Source: Camelus dromedarius
Taxonomy: Eukaryota
NCBI RefSeq assembly: GCF_036321535.1
Contig: NC_087436.1
Coordinates: 186,001 to 250,000 of the forward strand
DNA: 64,000 nucleotides
Direction of reading: 5' to 3'
This document shows positions 28,194 to 43,300 of the stretch, piece by piece. Position 1 is the first letter of the stretch, and each line of letters opens with the position of its first letter. The notes beneath the pieces are model-generated. The model was given only the letters and a program-made list of their open reading frames with translations, was not told the origin of the DNA and made no database searches. Position numbers and translations under genes: made by a program.

Positions 28194-29599
28194 AATGCCC
28201 ATCAGCAGCATCTGAGTGTCACTGAAAGCAGAAACCCAGATGAGTAGAGGCAGAGGTGGTTGGAGGAGCTACGTTATTTTGCTGGGATGGATGCAGCTGG
28301 CATGGCAGAGATCTAGAAGGAATGCTCACAACAGCCACTTACTGATCTGCAAGTGTGTTAGGGTAATAGCTTCCTGAAATCCTCCCCACCCCTCCTGATG
28401 AGCCAGGTGTCTGGCGTTTCTCTGGAAATCACTAGGCACAGCCTGGGACTCAAAGGTAAAAATTAAAAACTGCAGTCAGGCAGTGAAGAGACTGGCAGGA
28501 CGTGTTGGACAAAAGTAGGTCAGAATCAACAAAGAATGAGGAGGGGATACAACGTGTGCTGAGGACCCTGACTACAGTGGTGGATTGTCTGTGTTAAGGA
28601 CTCTTAGTCAGTATGAGTAGATGGATTGTTGTGGACTAAAATGGTGGCCATTGTTCAGATAAATATGTGATTTGGACTATATTTATTAGAGGAGGGCTTT
28701 TTTTCCCCCTTCAACGTTGATCATTTCTAGGGAGCAGAAAAATACTCTGCCACACAACATCTAAGTGCAAAAGAGATGCTACGGGATGGTGGTGGTGTGA
28801 AAAATTTCAGTTCTGCAGTTCCATGGTTTCCTTAATGAGGTTCACAGCAGTTGGTACTTAAAATAAAATAAGGTACTTATAATAAAGACATCATCATATG
28901 TACATATCCTTAAAGATACACATACGGTGCTATACGTGGGCCTGAAATGTGTTCTGCATTCTAAAATCCGATGAAATAAAATCAGTAGCTCAATATGCCT
29001 GTTCGCTCTATAAACATGATGTAGCTAATGATCACAGAAAACAAGATCAGCTAGTAAATTTGAAATTTGTCTTTTCCAGTGTCAAAGATAATATTTTTTG
29101 CTTTACTTAAAAAGCATTTTTTAATTAGGACTGTCAGTGTCCATTGGTATATGGGGTTCACTAGATGTGTTCAGATATTCTAGACAGTGAATCAGAGCAA
29201 AGACTGAGGTTTAGACAGTAGTTAAATGCCTCACCCTTGTAATCAGCATCCACATATTGCTATACTGAATATCCTTAAAACTGAGAACTTCATTAAAGCA
29301 ACTAAAAGAAAGGGAAAAATTAGCCACAGACTATTGGAAGATTTGTAACGTGTAAAAATGACAAAGGGATATTCATGAGCATATTCTTAAAAACCCCTAC
29401 AATTTAATAAGTAAAACAACAAACGGACAACAGGTTGCACACTGATCCCTTTAGGAGAAGCCATGCAGATGAACTCTTGTGTGAATGGGGCTGGAGCTGT
29501 AGAATTAGTTACTCTTGCAAGTAACTCAGTTAAAAACAAATGCATATGGGATACACTTCTACAATATCTGAGTAAAAATCTTGGAAAACTTACTCCTCT

Positions 29600-32500
29600 G
29601 TTAAGCAATGACAATGGCAAAATTTGTCAAAATTAACCTCTGCAGAACTCTGGAAATTTAACCAAGGCTTCCAGCAATCCGGGGAGTGTTTATTTGAGAA
29701 AAAATAACAGCTAAATCTCCATAAAGATAATCAGTTTTGTCATATTGTAACTTGATCTACCACATCCGAGAATCCTCACCTAAATGGTGGCCTTTAAAAG
29801 CAACAGTCTCACAATCAAGGAAGGGGCAGAAGTGATTTGAAGTTACCCAAAATATCCGCCCCCAGAGAACTGTCACTATTTCACCTATCTCAAACTCATG
29901 CTGTGCAAACAGCCTGTCCCCAGAGTGTTTGTGGAAAACAATCAGCAGTGAGTAACATTACAACTGCCTGAGGCACTGGTACCAGTTCAGGCTAACTAGA
30001 TGCTGACTAGGAAACTTAGAAGGCAAAATTGAGTATTGAGACTTTCTGGGGGTGGAGGTAGGGTTAAATAGCTCCAAAAAATTCTGAGAATTGTAGAATT
30101 GCGTACACATGTGTGGCATATGGCAAGGAAAGATCTGAGAAAATCTTAAGCCTTCAACTCTGGCTGAACTTGAGGTTCTGCATAAGCAAGAACTAAAGGT
30201 ACAAAATAGCTGCAGACTGCCTGCCGGTGCTGAGGGCATCCGTCAGCATGCAGGCACACAGCCACCTGGCAACAGCTCAAACGATTGGCTCCAGGCATTG
30301 AAAGAAATCACTGTCCAATCATTATTACACTGACGACAACTAGGCTTTCTGCACACATACAGATCTCATGGCCATGCATGATAAAGAATACAGACTTTAC
30401 AGAATTTGTTCAGGAAAGTAACTACATAAATAGCTGCAGCAGCAATGACAATGGAAGCAACGATAAACCCTGGAGATGAGGAAAATCTGGCTTTCAGTTC
30501 TGCCATATTGTAATATTTTAAATGTCCAATTTTCAACAGAAAATTACAAGATGTACAAAGAAACAGAAAAGTTTGGCCATAACACAGGGGAGAAAGTAGT
30601 CAATAGAAACTCCCTGAGGAAACCCAGACACTGGACTTACTAGACAAAGACTGAAAGAAGGAATTACACATATGATCAAAGAGCTAAACGAAACCATGCC
30701 TAAAGAATTTAAGTATGTGAACATCTCATTGTACAGAGAATAACAATAGATAAAATTTATATTAAAAACCAACTGGACATTCTAGAGATACAAACATAAT
30801 GACTACAATGAAAAATTCAATAAGAGATTTCTCTGTAGATATGAAATTGTTGAAGAAAAAGTCAGTTAACTTAAAACTACTGAGATTATCCAGTCTGTGG
30901 AACAGAAAGAAAAAGGAATGAAAAAAAATGAACACTGTGTCAGAGATAGGTTGGACACCATCAACAATACCAGTACACACATAATTTGAAAGCCAGAAAG
31001 GAGAGAAAAGAAGGGGTAGAAAAAATATATAAAGAAATAATGGCTGAAAACTTCCCAAATTTGATGAAAACATTAATTTGTACATCCCAGCAGCTCAACA
31101 AACTCCACGTGGTATGAACGTAGAGACATCGAAAATAGGCACATCAGACTAAGTGTGTCAAAAGAGAAGAACAAAGAATCTTGACAGCAGAAAGAGAAAA
31201 GAGGCTCAACATATTCAAAGGCTCCTCAGTAAGACAGTTGATTTCTCATCAAAAACCATGGAGACCAGAAGGCAGTGGGAAGGTATCGTCAAAGTGATAA
31301 AAGGAAAATACTGTCACCAAGTATTTTATAGCCAGCAAAATGATTCTTCAAAAAAATTAAAGGAGAAATTAAGACACTCCTATAAAAACAAAATCTGAAA
31401 GAATCCATTGCTAGCAGGCCTGTTTTACAAGAAATATTAAGGATAGTCCAGCAGCTGTAAATGAAAGGACACTCAAGTGAAATATAAAGAGCACTGGTAG
31501 AGGTAACTACATGAGTAAAAAAATAAAACAGTATAAATACAGTATTACATGTAAGTGTTTTCTTCTAATTGATGTAAAGGACAACTGCATAAAACAATAA
31601 TTATGAAACTGTGTAGATGCACTTATAAATGCATAAAGGTGTAATTTGTATGACAGTGACAGCATGAGGAGGGGGAGGGAAAAGATTCATACCAAAGCAA
31701 AGTTTTTGTGTACTATTGAAATTAAGTTGGCATTCATGTGAACTAGATTGCTTTAAAACAAGATGTTAATAGTAATCTCCGGGGCAATGGAGGAGAATGA
31801 GTAGGAGGAAGAGGAGGAGGAGAAGAAAAAGATAAAATAAAAAACAAATTAAAATGCCACACTTGAAAATGCCTACTTTGTACAAAAAAGTGTAGTAATA
31901 GAGCATTGGGGAAATAAAAAGACATATAGAAAGCAGATAGCAGATGTAACTTCAACCTGATAAGAAATTACATTAATGTAAATGAATTAAATATTCTAAT
32001 CAAAATAGTAAAGGCAGAAATAAATGGAATAGAGAATAGATGAAGAACAGAGAATAATCAACAAAAAGAAAAGTTGGTTCTTTGAAAAGATCAAGAAAAC
32101 TGACAAATTTTTAGCTAGTACTGAAGAAAAAAAGAGAGAAGATTCAAATTACTAAGATGAGAAATGAAAGGAAGGATGTCACTACTGCCCTTACAAAAAT
32201 AACAAGGAATATAAGGGAATACCATGAATACTTGTATAGCCAATAAATGAGATAATCTAGATGAAATGGATAAATTCCTTGAAGGATATAAGTGACTAAA
32301 TCTAATTCAAGGAGAGATAGAAAACTCAAATAATCCTACAATAAGTAGTGACTGAAACAGTAATCCAAAACATTCCCACAAGGAAATGCTAGGCCAGTAT
32401 GGCTTTGCTGGTGAATTCCATCAACTACTTAAAGAAAAAACAAAAACAAAAAACAAACAAACAAAAAAATGCTTCACAAACTCGTCTAAAAATAAAGAGG

Positions 32501-34870
32501 TGGGCACACTTCCCAATTCATTCAATGACACAAGTATCACACTGATACCAAAACCAGACAAAGGCATCACAAGAAAACTAAAGACTATCTCTTATGGATA
32601 TAAGTGTAAAAGTCCTCAACAGAATACAAGCAAATCCAATCCAGTAACATATAAAATAGACCACAATTCAGTGGAATGTATCCAGGTATGCAAAGGCATT
32701 TCAACATACAAAAGTCAATTCATGTAATATGCCATATTAATAGAATAATGGATAAAAACTAGGAATAGAAGAGAACATCCTCAACTTGACAGAGAACATC
32801 TATGAAAAACCTGGAGCAAAGATCATACATAATGGTGAAAGACTGAATTATTTCCTCCCAAAATCAACATTGTACTAGAGGTTCTAGTCAAAGCAAACAG
32901 ACAAAGAAAATAAAGCCTCTAGATTAGAAAGAAAGAAATAAAACTATTTCAATTCCAGATGACATGATATTATACATTGAATTCACAAGGAATCCACAAA
33001 GAAAAAAAGAGAGAGAGAGAGAAAAAAAAACTATTAGAATTAACAACATAGTTTGACCAAAATTGTAAGACACAAATCAATATATAAAAAAGTAATTATA
33101 TTTCTATACAACAGCAGTGAATAATCTAAAAATAAAATGAAGGAAACATTTTCATTTACAATAGCATCAAAAAGAATAAAATACTTAGGAATATTAAGAA
33201 AAATATGTGGAATACTGAGGAAAATGTCTGAAACTTGTATATTGAAAACTAAAATACTACTGATAGAAGTTAAAAATGACCTAAAATAAATGGAAAGCTC
33301 TTCTGTGTTCATGGATCAGAAGCCTTATTATTGTTAGGAAGGCATTTGTCCTCAAAATGACATATAGATTCAGTGCAACTCTGGCTTTTTGGGAGAAATG
33401 AACAAGCTGATCCTAAAACTAATATGGAAATGCAAGATACCCAGAATAGTCAAAACAATCTTGAAAAAGAACAAAGTTTTGAAGTTTCAAAATTCAAAAC
33501 TCAGTAACAAAATGGTAATCCATACAGTGTGGTACTTGCATAAAGGACAGACAAATAGATTGAGAGAAAAGAACTGAGAGTCCATAAACAAACTCTTACA
33601 CGTAGCCAGTTAATTTTTCATAAAGGTTCCATGACAATCCAATGGGGAAAAATTAATCTTTACAAAAATGATGCTGGGACACCTGAACATACACCTGGAA
33701 AGAAAGAAAACTGAACTTTTACCTTAACACCATTTATAAAATTTAACTCAAAATAAATCACAGACCTGAAACTATAAATCTTTTAGATAATGAACAATGA
33801 GAAAATCTTCAGGATTTTGAAGTACAAATACTTCTAAGATATGACAGCAAAAGCACAAACAACAAAAGAAAAAAAATCAAGTAAACTGGACTTCAGTAAA
33901 ATTAAACACTTCTGTGCTTCAAAGGGCTTCATCAAGAAAGTAAGAAGACAATCCACAGAATGGGTGAAAATATTTCCAATATTTTCCCTGATAACGGACT
34001 TTTTATCCAGAATAGACAAAGGAGACTTAAAACATGACAATACAAAGACAAATACAATTAAAATTGGCAAAGAATTTGAATAGATGTTTCTCCAAAGAAG
34101 ACATACGAATGGGAAATAAGCACATAAAAAGATGTTCAACATCAGTAGGCATTAGGGAAACAGAAATCAAAAGCACAATGACATGCCACTTCATACCAAA
34201 TAGGATGACAAATATATATGATATATGATATATAAATATGTATCTATAAACTCGGTAATAAAAAGTGTTGATGAGGATGTGGAGAAACTGGACTCCTCAT
34301 ACATTACTACTGGAAATATAAAATGGTGCAGTCACTTTAAAAACTACTTTAGCAATTCCTCAAAATGTTAAAAGTAGAATACATCCCAGCAATTCCATTT
34401 TTTGATATATCCTGAGGAGAACTGAAAATATGTGTTCACACAAAAACTTGTCCATGAGCATTTCAGCAGAATTATTCATCATCAACTGATGGATGGATAA
34501 GCAAAGTGGTGTATTTATAACAATGGCATATTATTTGAACACAAAAAGGACTTTGGGTACTGATATATGCTACACCATGGATGAGCATTGAAAACGTCAC
34601 ACTAAATGAAAGACGACAATCAAAAAAGGCAGCATACTGTATGGTTCTACTTATATGAAATGCCCAGAACAGGCAAATCCGTAGAGACAGAAAGTAGAGT
34701 GGTGGCTGCTGGGGTCTAAGGGAAAGGAAGTTTAGGGAGTGACTTACTAAAGAGTACTGGTTCCTTTTGGGAGTGATGGCTACAAAACCCTGAAATGTAC
34801 TTAAAAATCTAATGCACAATTTCAAAGGCTGCATTTTATGGTATGTGAATTATATCTCCATAAAGCTGTT
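29600..34870 (+). mobile_element. Old LINE-1 (L1MB-like), 5' region to 3' end with internal deletions
   Basis: Decayed ORF1 (DFSSKTMETRRQWEGI) and ORF2 (LPNSFNDTSITLIPKPDK, LDFSKIKHFCASK). L1M-type 3' UTR ending aattatatctccataaagctgtta. Confidence 0.85.
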
Positions 34871-37800
34871 ACTCTTGAAGCTGAGCCCACATATGGAGCA
34901 ACTGGCCCAGCACTGACTGCAGCATCTTGAGGGGGAGTGACCCACCCACCCACCACAAAGGAAAGGATCACCTGACCCAGTGTTGGAGGCGTGCAATCTT
35001 CTTGCTGACAGACACTGTGAGCAGCACAGACAAGGGGGCCAACAGAGCAAGGTGAGTTCGTGAAACAGGGCGAAGACACAAAGGCCTCTCAATAAAACCA
35101 TTAAGAGCACACAGTCTCTAGGAGAACACATCTTTGTTTTTAAAATCTTTTTATATCTGTTTTATTCCTATTACATTTTTAATCTTTATTTTTAAACAGT
35201 CCTATATGTTTACAATTCTCATTTCATTTATATTCTCTTGGTTTTGATCTGTTATTTATTAGTCACAGGTTTCAAATATTGTATTTTGAATTTTCTCTTC
35301 TTTTTATTAAGATTCTTAAAAGATATCTCAACTCGATTCCTATTCTGCTTCAAATTGCTCTTCTATTATTGATTATACACTCTTTTCAAACCTTCTTTTC
35401 CTCCATTCTTTTAAAATTCTCTCTCTCTCTCTTTTAAGTTTTATTCCCACATAGGCTTTAGATAGATAAATAAATAAACTCCTTTAAGGACCACAATAGA
35501 TAACTGATACTCCTTAAGCCACAGTGCCAGAGAGATATGAGCAGAATGAGGAAGCAGAGGAAGTCCTGCCAATTAAAATAGCAAGAGAAATCCCCTCAAA
35601 GAACGATCAATAAAATAGACATTGATGGCCTACTAGATCAAGATTTCAAAAAAGAAGTGATCAAATTACTGAAGGAACTAAAAGAGATAGTCTTTAGAGA
35701 CATAAAATATATCAAAAACAAAATAGAAGCTATAAAGAAGAGCCAAGTAGAATTGGTAAATTCATTGGCTGAAATGAGATCTGACCTAAAGGCTGTACAA
35801 AGCAGGCTAGATAATGCAGCAGAACGAATAAGTGACCTAGAAGACAGGACAACAGAAAGCACCCAATCAGAACAGCTGAGAGAAAAACAAATATAAAACA
35901 ATGAAAACAATATAAGGAACCTATGGGATAATATAAAGCATGCCAATCTATGCATAATAGGGGTACCAGAAGGGGAAGAAAGAACAAAGGGGATGGAAAA
36001 GGTAATTAAAGAAATCATGACTGAAAACTTCCCAAACTTAAAGAAGGAATCAGACACCCAAGCACAGGAGGATCAGAGGGTCCCAAACAGGAAGAGCCCA
36101 AAGAGAAACACGCCAAGATATATCATAAATCAAGATGGCCAGACTGAAGGATAAAGAAATGTTCCTAAAGGCAGCAAGAGAAAAACAAAGAGTGAGTTAC
36201 AAGAGAAGGCTCTCAGCTGATTTCTCTACAGAAACACTACAGGCCAGAAGGGAGTGGCAAGATATATTCAAAGTCCTGAATGAAAAAAAAAGATGCAGCC
36301 TAGGATACTTGCTCCAGCAAGGCTATCCTTTAGAATAGAAGGAGAGATAAAGAATTTCACAGAGAAGCAAATACTAAAAGAATTTAGCAACACTAAACCC
36401 ATGCTAAAAGAAATATTGAAAGGTCTACTCTAAATAGAAAAGAAGCAGGATGCTACAGAAATGAGAATTCATGACTGTGAGAGTATTTTTCCTTTCTTCT
36501 TTTTTTTTTTTTAAATCTTGTTCTCAGTAGGATGGGTTTGAGATTACATTAATATCTGTTTAGTACACACAGTTACAGTAATTGGTTAACAGACTTACAA
36601 AAAAGTGTAATCACAAGCCAAAAACTTACAAGTGAGTCACAAAAACTAAATACAATACAAAGGAAAATTACCATACCACAAAAGGAAGAAGAAAGGAACC
36701 AAGAAGAAATACCAAATCAACTGCAAAAATAAGTTGAAAATAGCAATAAACTCTCATCTATCATTAATTACTGTAAATGTTAATGGTCTAAATGCTCCAG
36801 TCAAAAGACATAGTAGCAGACTGGATAATAAAGCAAGAACCTTCAATACACTGCATACAAGAGACACACTTTAGGGAGAAGGACACATATAGATTGAGAG
36901 TGAATGGACGGAAAAGGATATTCCATGCAAATGGAAATGCCATAAAAGCAGGTGTAGCAGTATTGATTTCAGACAAAATAGACTTTAAAACAAGGGCCAT
37001 AAAGAAAGATAAATAAAGACATTTTATAATGATTAAAGGATCAATACAAGATGAAGATATTACAATCATTAATATATATGCACCCAACATGAGCACCTAA
37101 GTACATTAAACAACTACTAACAGAGATAAAGGGGGAAATTGATGGGAATACAATCATTGTCAGAAATTTTAACACCACATTAACATCACTAGACAGATCT
37201 TCCAGACAGAAAATAAATAAGGCAACAGAGAAATTAAATGATACAAGAGAATAATTGGATTTAGTGGATATTTTCAGAGCATTACAATCCTCCATAATAG
37301 AATACATATTCTTTTCAAATGTGTGTGGAACACTTTCTAGGATTGATCATGTACTTAGTCACAAAAGAAGCCTCAACAATTTTAAGAAGATAGAAATTAT
37401 CTCAAGCATCTTTACTGACCACAATGCCATTGAAACTAGAAATCAACTTCAGAGAAACAAAGGAGAAAGGAAGGAAAGCATTGAGATTAAACAACATGCT
37501 ATTAGAAAACAAATGGGTCGATGATGTAATCAAAGTTGAAATTAAAGAATACCTTGAGACAAATGAAAATGAAAACACAACCACACAAAACATACGGTAC
37601 ACAGCAAAAGCAGTACTAAGAGGAAAGTTTAGGGTAATGCAGGCCTTCCTCAAAAAAGAAGAACAATACCAAATAAACAATCTAACCCACCAGCTGAAAG
37701 AACTAGAAACAGAAGAGCAAAAACACACAAAAGTCAGCAGAAGGAAGGAAATAATAAAGATCATGGAGGAAATAAATAAAATAAAGATTAAAAAAATAGA

Positions 37801-40390
37801 GAAAATAATCAATCAAACCAAAAGCTAGTTTTTTGAAAGAGTAAATAAAATCGACAAACCTCTGGCCAAACTCACAAAGAAGAAGAAAGAGAGAGCACAA
37901 ATTTGCAAAATAAGAAAGGAAAATGGAGAAATTACAACAAATAACATAGAAATACAGAATATCATATGAGAATATCATGAAAAACTACATGGAAAAGTGG
38001 ATAACCTAGAGGAGATGGACAAGTTTCTGGAAACATACAGTCCACTAAGACTGAATCAAGAAGAAACTATCCACTTGAACAAATGGATCACTAGGAATGA
38101 AATTGAATTAACAATAAAAAACTTCCCTACAAATAAAAGTCCAGGACTGGACAGCTTCACCAGGGAGTTCTACCACACATACAAAGAAGAACTCATACCA
38201 GTCCTTCTCAAACTCTTCCAGAAGATTGAAAAGAAGGAATATTCCCAAACACATTCTATGAAGCCACCATTACCCTGATACCAAAACCAGGCAAAGACAC
38301 CACCAAAAAAGAGAATTACAGACCAATATCACTGATGAACACAGATGAAAAAATCCTTACCAAAATACTAGTAAATAAAATCCAACAGCACATAAAAAAA
38401 TAATACATCATGCTCAAGTGGGGTTCATCTCAGGGACACAAGGGTGGTTCAACATATGAAAATCAATCAATGTAATACTTCACATCAACAAGAGAAAGGA
38501 CAAAAACCACATGATCATCTCAATAGATGCAGAAAACTTTTGATAAAATTCAACACCCATTTATGATAAAAATTCTCACCAAATTGGGTATTGAGGGAAC
38601 ATATCTCAACATCATAAAAGCTATATATGACAAACCTACAGCCAGCATAGCACTCAACGGTGAAAACCTCAAAAGATTCCCACTAAAATCTGGGACAAGT
38701 CAAAGATGCCCACTATCACCACTCCTATTCAACATAGACTTGGAAGTCCTGGCCACAGCAATCAGGCAAGTAACAGAAGTAAAAGGGGTCTAAATTGGAA
38801 AAGAAGAGGTAAAAGTGTCACTATATGCAGATGACATGACAATATATATAGAAAACCCTAAAAGGTCCACACAAAAACTACCAGAGCTGATCGAAGAATA
38901 TAGCAAAGTAGCAGGTTACAAGATTAATGTTCAAAAATCAGTTGCATTTCTTTACACAAATGATGAATCAACAGAAAAAGAAAGTAAAGAAACAATCCCC
39001 TTTAAAATAGCACCCAAAGTAATAAAATATCTAGGAATAAATCTAACCACAGACGTGACAGAATTATACACAGAAAACTATAAAGCATTGGTGAAGGAAA
39101 TTAAAGAAGACTTTAAAAAATGGAAAGGTATCCCATGCTCTTTGATTGCAAGAAGCAATATTGTTAAAATGGTCACACTGCCCAAGGCAATCTACAGATT
39201 TAATGCAATCCCTACCAAATTAACCTGGACATATTCCATAGAACTAGAACAAATCACAATAAAATTTATATGGAACCATCAAAGACATAGAATTTCCAGG
39301 GCATTACTGAAGAAAAAAAGAAAGAGGCTGGAAGAGTAACTCTCACAGACTAGAGACAATACTATAGACTTACAGTCGTCAAGACAGCATGGTATTAGTA
39401 CAAAAACAGACATATAGCCAAATGGAACAGAATAGAGAGCCCAGAAATGAACCCAAATATTAAGGTCAACTAATCTTCAACAAAGGAGGCAAGAATATAC
39501 AATGGAATAAAGACAGTCTCTTCAGCAAGATAAACATAAGACAAGATACAATAAAATTCCTAGGAGAAAATACAGGCAAAATATCTGACATACATCTCAG
39601 AAATCTTCCCCTAGGGAAGTCTACCCAAGCAATAGAAATAAAAGCAAGAATAAACAAATGGGACCTAATGAAACTTACAAGCTTCTGCACAGCAAAGGAC
39701 AACTTAAGTAAAACAAAAAGACAACCTACAGAATGGGAGAACATTTTTGCAAATGAAACTAACAAAGGCTTGATCTCCAGAATATATAAGCAGCTCATAT
39801 GACTTACTGAGAAACAACCAAATAACCCAATCCAAACATGGGCAGAAGACCAAAACAAGCAATTCTCCAAGGAAGATATACAAATGATCAATGGGCACAT
39901 GAAAAATGCTCAATATCACTAATTATCAGAGAAATGCAAATCAAAAGTACAATGAGGTATCACCTCAAACCAGTCAGAATGGCCATCATTCAAAAATCCA
40001 CAAATGACATATGCTAGAGAGGCTGTGGACAAAGGGAAACCTCCGACACTTCTGGTGGGAATGCAGTTTGGTGCAGCCACTGTGGAATAGGTATTGAGTT
40101 TCCTCAAAAGACTAGGAATAGAATTGCCATATGACACAGGAATCCCACTCCTGTGTATATATCCTGAAGGAACCCTACTTCAGGATGACAGCTGCACCCC
40201 AATATACATAGCAGCACTATTTACAATAGCCAAGACATGGAGATAGCCTAAATGTCCATCAACGGATGACTGGCTAAAGAAGTGGTATATTTATACAATG
40301 GAAAACTACTCGGCTATAAAAACTGACAATATAGGGCCATTTGCAGCAACGTGGATGCTCCTGGAGAATGTCATTCTAAGTTAAGTAAGC
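34871..40390 (+). mobile_element. Lineage-specific LINE-1, near full length but disrupted; lacks the 3' UTR end and polyA
   Basis: ORF1 remnants at about 35538-36433 (RLSADFSTETLQARREWQDIFKVL). ORF2 endonuclease at about 36740 and RT (SLYADDM at 38815) with many stops and frameshifts. Homology ends abruptly at about 40390. Confidence 0.95.
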
Positions 40391-40418
40391 ACCGTAACAA
40401 GGAATAAAGAGAAGTTAC

Positions 40419-40554
40419 CTCTAAGTACAGTTATTTTGATTAAAATATACATACAGAAAGCAAGTCACCCCCACGACTGCTGCCAGGAGGAGCATCTGAA
40501 TGTAATAGCCTAGCCCAAGCAAAGTAGATTCCGACCTTCTCTCCGTAGAATTTC
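40419..40554 (-). pseudogene. ANO6: ANO6 pseudo-exon (~exon 8): KFYGEKVGIYFAW/LGYYIQMLLLAAVVGVTCFLYVYFNQNNCT*
   Basis: cag acceptor and gtaact donor. An extra G after FAW gives a +1 frameshift, and TAG replaces a Trp near the exon end. Confidence 0.95.
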
Positions 40555-40627
40555 CTGCAGAAAGACAGAAGGTAGTTTCAGAAGAAACACATATTCACTC
40601 TGTAGCTTCATCCTCATGTTAATTTCT

Positions 40628-40757
40628 TTTTTCTTTGTTTTTTGGTAGGGCATAATTAGGTTTATTTATTTGCTTTTTAAATGGAGGCATTGGGGATTGA
40701 ACCCAGTACCTCATACATGCTAGGCATTCACTCTACCACTGAGTTATACCCTCCTTC
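40628..40757 (-). mobile_element. Camelid tRNA-derived SINE (Vic-1-like)
   Basis: A and B boxes on the minus strand, T-rich tail on plus, imperfect target-site duplication (cat..taatttct). Confidence 0.85.
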
Positions 40758-43195
40758 CATCATACTAATTTCTGATTCTAAATCAAGGGGGCTTTAAGTT
40801 TAAACCTCTGACTCAATTCACACTTAAAACATATGCGTTTTCACAGCAGCCCCCAAATTCTACCGTGAAATAAGAAGTATTTTACGTATCATAGAAATAC
40901 AGATCACTGGTTCACCTGCTGAAGAGAGATAAATGAGAACAGAGCAAAGGAGGGGACGAGGCCGACTCCGGAGCAGATGCAGGGGATCATCACCACTCAC
41001 TGGACAGTCTGGCACATTCAACAAATCCCACCAAAGATCATTCTTAACAGGCTTGACACAAGTGGACTTCAACTACTGGCTCAGTCATCTGCGTCTGCCT
41101 TATCTCGGGAACTTCCCTGGAGCAAATGCAACGTAAACCACAGATAATAAGGAAATGGCTGATAATGATAACAACTGGGAGTGCAATGTCTCTCTGACAA
41201 AATATTTATAAAACTCATGTGGGAATGGGAGAGGGCAGGAGGGATGTGGCTGAGTAAGGAACTGCCCTGTATTCTTTGTATCTAGCACGTCGGCTGTTCC
41301 TAGGTTTCAAAAACCCTTCAATGTTACTCAGTTAATCTGGAGTAGACGGAACAGGCCAGGGAGGCAAGATTAGAAGAAAGGAGGCAGGGCACGAAGCGGT
41401 GCCAGGCTGGTCCTGAAAGGGAGACAGACACAGACAGGCAGACACAAAGGGCTTAGGGATGAGGCGGAACAATGAGGCGGAGGCTCAGGTGTGTTTGCTG
41501 CTGCTGCTACTTCCCTCAGCTGGAGCACTGCTGACGCGGCAGTGCTGGGTAAAACCTGTGACTTTCCTCAGCTCTGAGTTCTCTCGGAAGCTTCCGGCTC
41601 AGTCTGGAGCTGAGATGAGCTCCGAGGGCCTAGCCTAGGGGGGACTCAGCTCTGAGAACAGCCTGGAGTCCTGAGAAACTTCACGCAGGAACCCCTAGGG
41701 CTTGACCAGCGCTCACAGGGCTGCTGTGAGACCAGCTCCATCGTCAGAGACCTGGGCGTGGACCATTCCATGGGGAAAATGGCTGAGCCCGATGCCAAAT
41801 CAGATAGGAGGGACAAAGTGTGTTCATTCTCATGTGACTGGTCTTTGTGGCCTGGCTCACAGATGGCAGGCTCAGGATGGTGTCTGGCAGAGAAAACCCT
41901 GGCAATGGGTTTGAGATGTCTTGGACTCTTTCTTGTTAAGCTTTTTGTAATACATTCTTATCAACTATCCATCCTGAAAATGCCACATTCAAAACTGAAA
42001 GAATGTTAGAAGTTGCTTGCTCCAACTGGCCAATGGTAAACACACCCTGCTACAGTTAGAGAGCTGGTCAGGCAGCCTCTGCCTGCATATTTACAGTGAC
42101 GGAGAGTTCATTACTTCCAAAGGTTACATGTCGGCAAGAATGTCAGAAAGAATTTTTGAACCTTAAACAGATGTCTGCCCCCTAGTCCTTGCTGAAAGGC
42201 TAGAAATAATGAGGATCCCTTCAAATGTAGTTTTGTCTGATTGTTATCTCTCTCTGTCAAAAACACCCCAATTCTTAACATCAATTTTTCAAAATTCAGC
42301 TTTGATTTCTTTTTATCAAACTTATACCATACATTCATTAAAGAGTCAAACAGTTCTCGAACACCGATTGTAAAAAGGAGCAGTTCCCAACAACCACCCC
42401 ATTTCCTGGTCAGAAGCAACAATGTTCAGCTCCTACTGCTGACTCTTGGAATAAAAACTCCCTATTTCTGACTAATATCCTTGTAACACAGCCTACTGAC
42501 TTTTTCAGCTTTATGTATCACCTATTTAACTTTCTATTTTGGAAAATGAATATTAAGCTCTCTTTCAAACCACATCTCCTCTACACACCCAAACCTTCAT
42601 TCTTCCAACCTTTTGATACAAATACATTATAATTTTGATCAGCTCAGTATCCTTGCTTTACATTATTAGGACTCTCTACAGACTGTTCACAGCTGTAGCA
42701 AGTTGTCTGCTAGGCTTACTTTTTTATTCCCTACTTTGTTTTTCCTGGAGTTAATAATTGTCTTGGTGGTTCATAGCTTAGATTTCTCTGCGCTTAACAA
42801 TTCAACCCCATACCTTCTCCTAATGAATAACTTTCTCAATACTTTCCAATTCATTGTCTACAAATTTCATCTCCTTGAATAAATCTCTTCAGATCTCCTT
42901 CAACCTGGATTAACGACATGCTAGTCTTGTCACAGAGCTCAAGGGGCCACTAGTGGGAAGCAACAAGGGAATACATGGACCAGGAGAAGGGAACAGATCA
43001 ACATAATTTCCTTCACAAAACATACGTAAAATAGTGGGAAAATTGTTTTCTTTACAAACACAAACACACACACCAACCCCAAAATCCCATAAAGAATGAT
43101 TAAATAGCCATCAAACCCATTGCCCTGCCATCAAATTCTGTATAACATAAAACAAAAATAACAGAAGGAATATATCATATAAATATGAATCTCAA

Positions 43196-43300
43196 GGGGG
43201 ATGGGGTACACTCAGTGGCAGAGTGTGTGCTCAGCAAGCATAAGGTCCTAGATTCAATCTTCAGTACCTCCATTAGAAAAAAACATTAGAAACAATAGAA
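43196..43300 (+). mobile_element. Camelid tRNA-derived SINE (Vic-1-like)
   Basis: ggggatggggtacactcagtggcagagtgtgtgctcagcaagcataaggtcctagattcaatc followed by an A-rich tail. Confidence 0.8.

Noticed and set aside
35538..40390. Reverse-transcriptase and endonuclease ORFs as an active or domesticated gene
   Set aside because: Ordinary LINE-1 broken by many stops and frameshifts.
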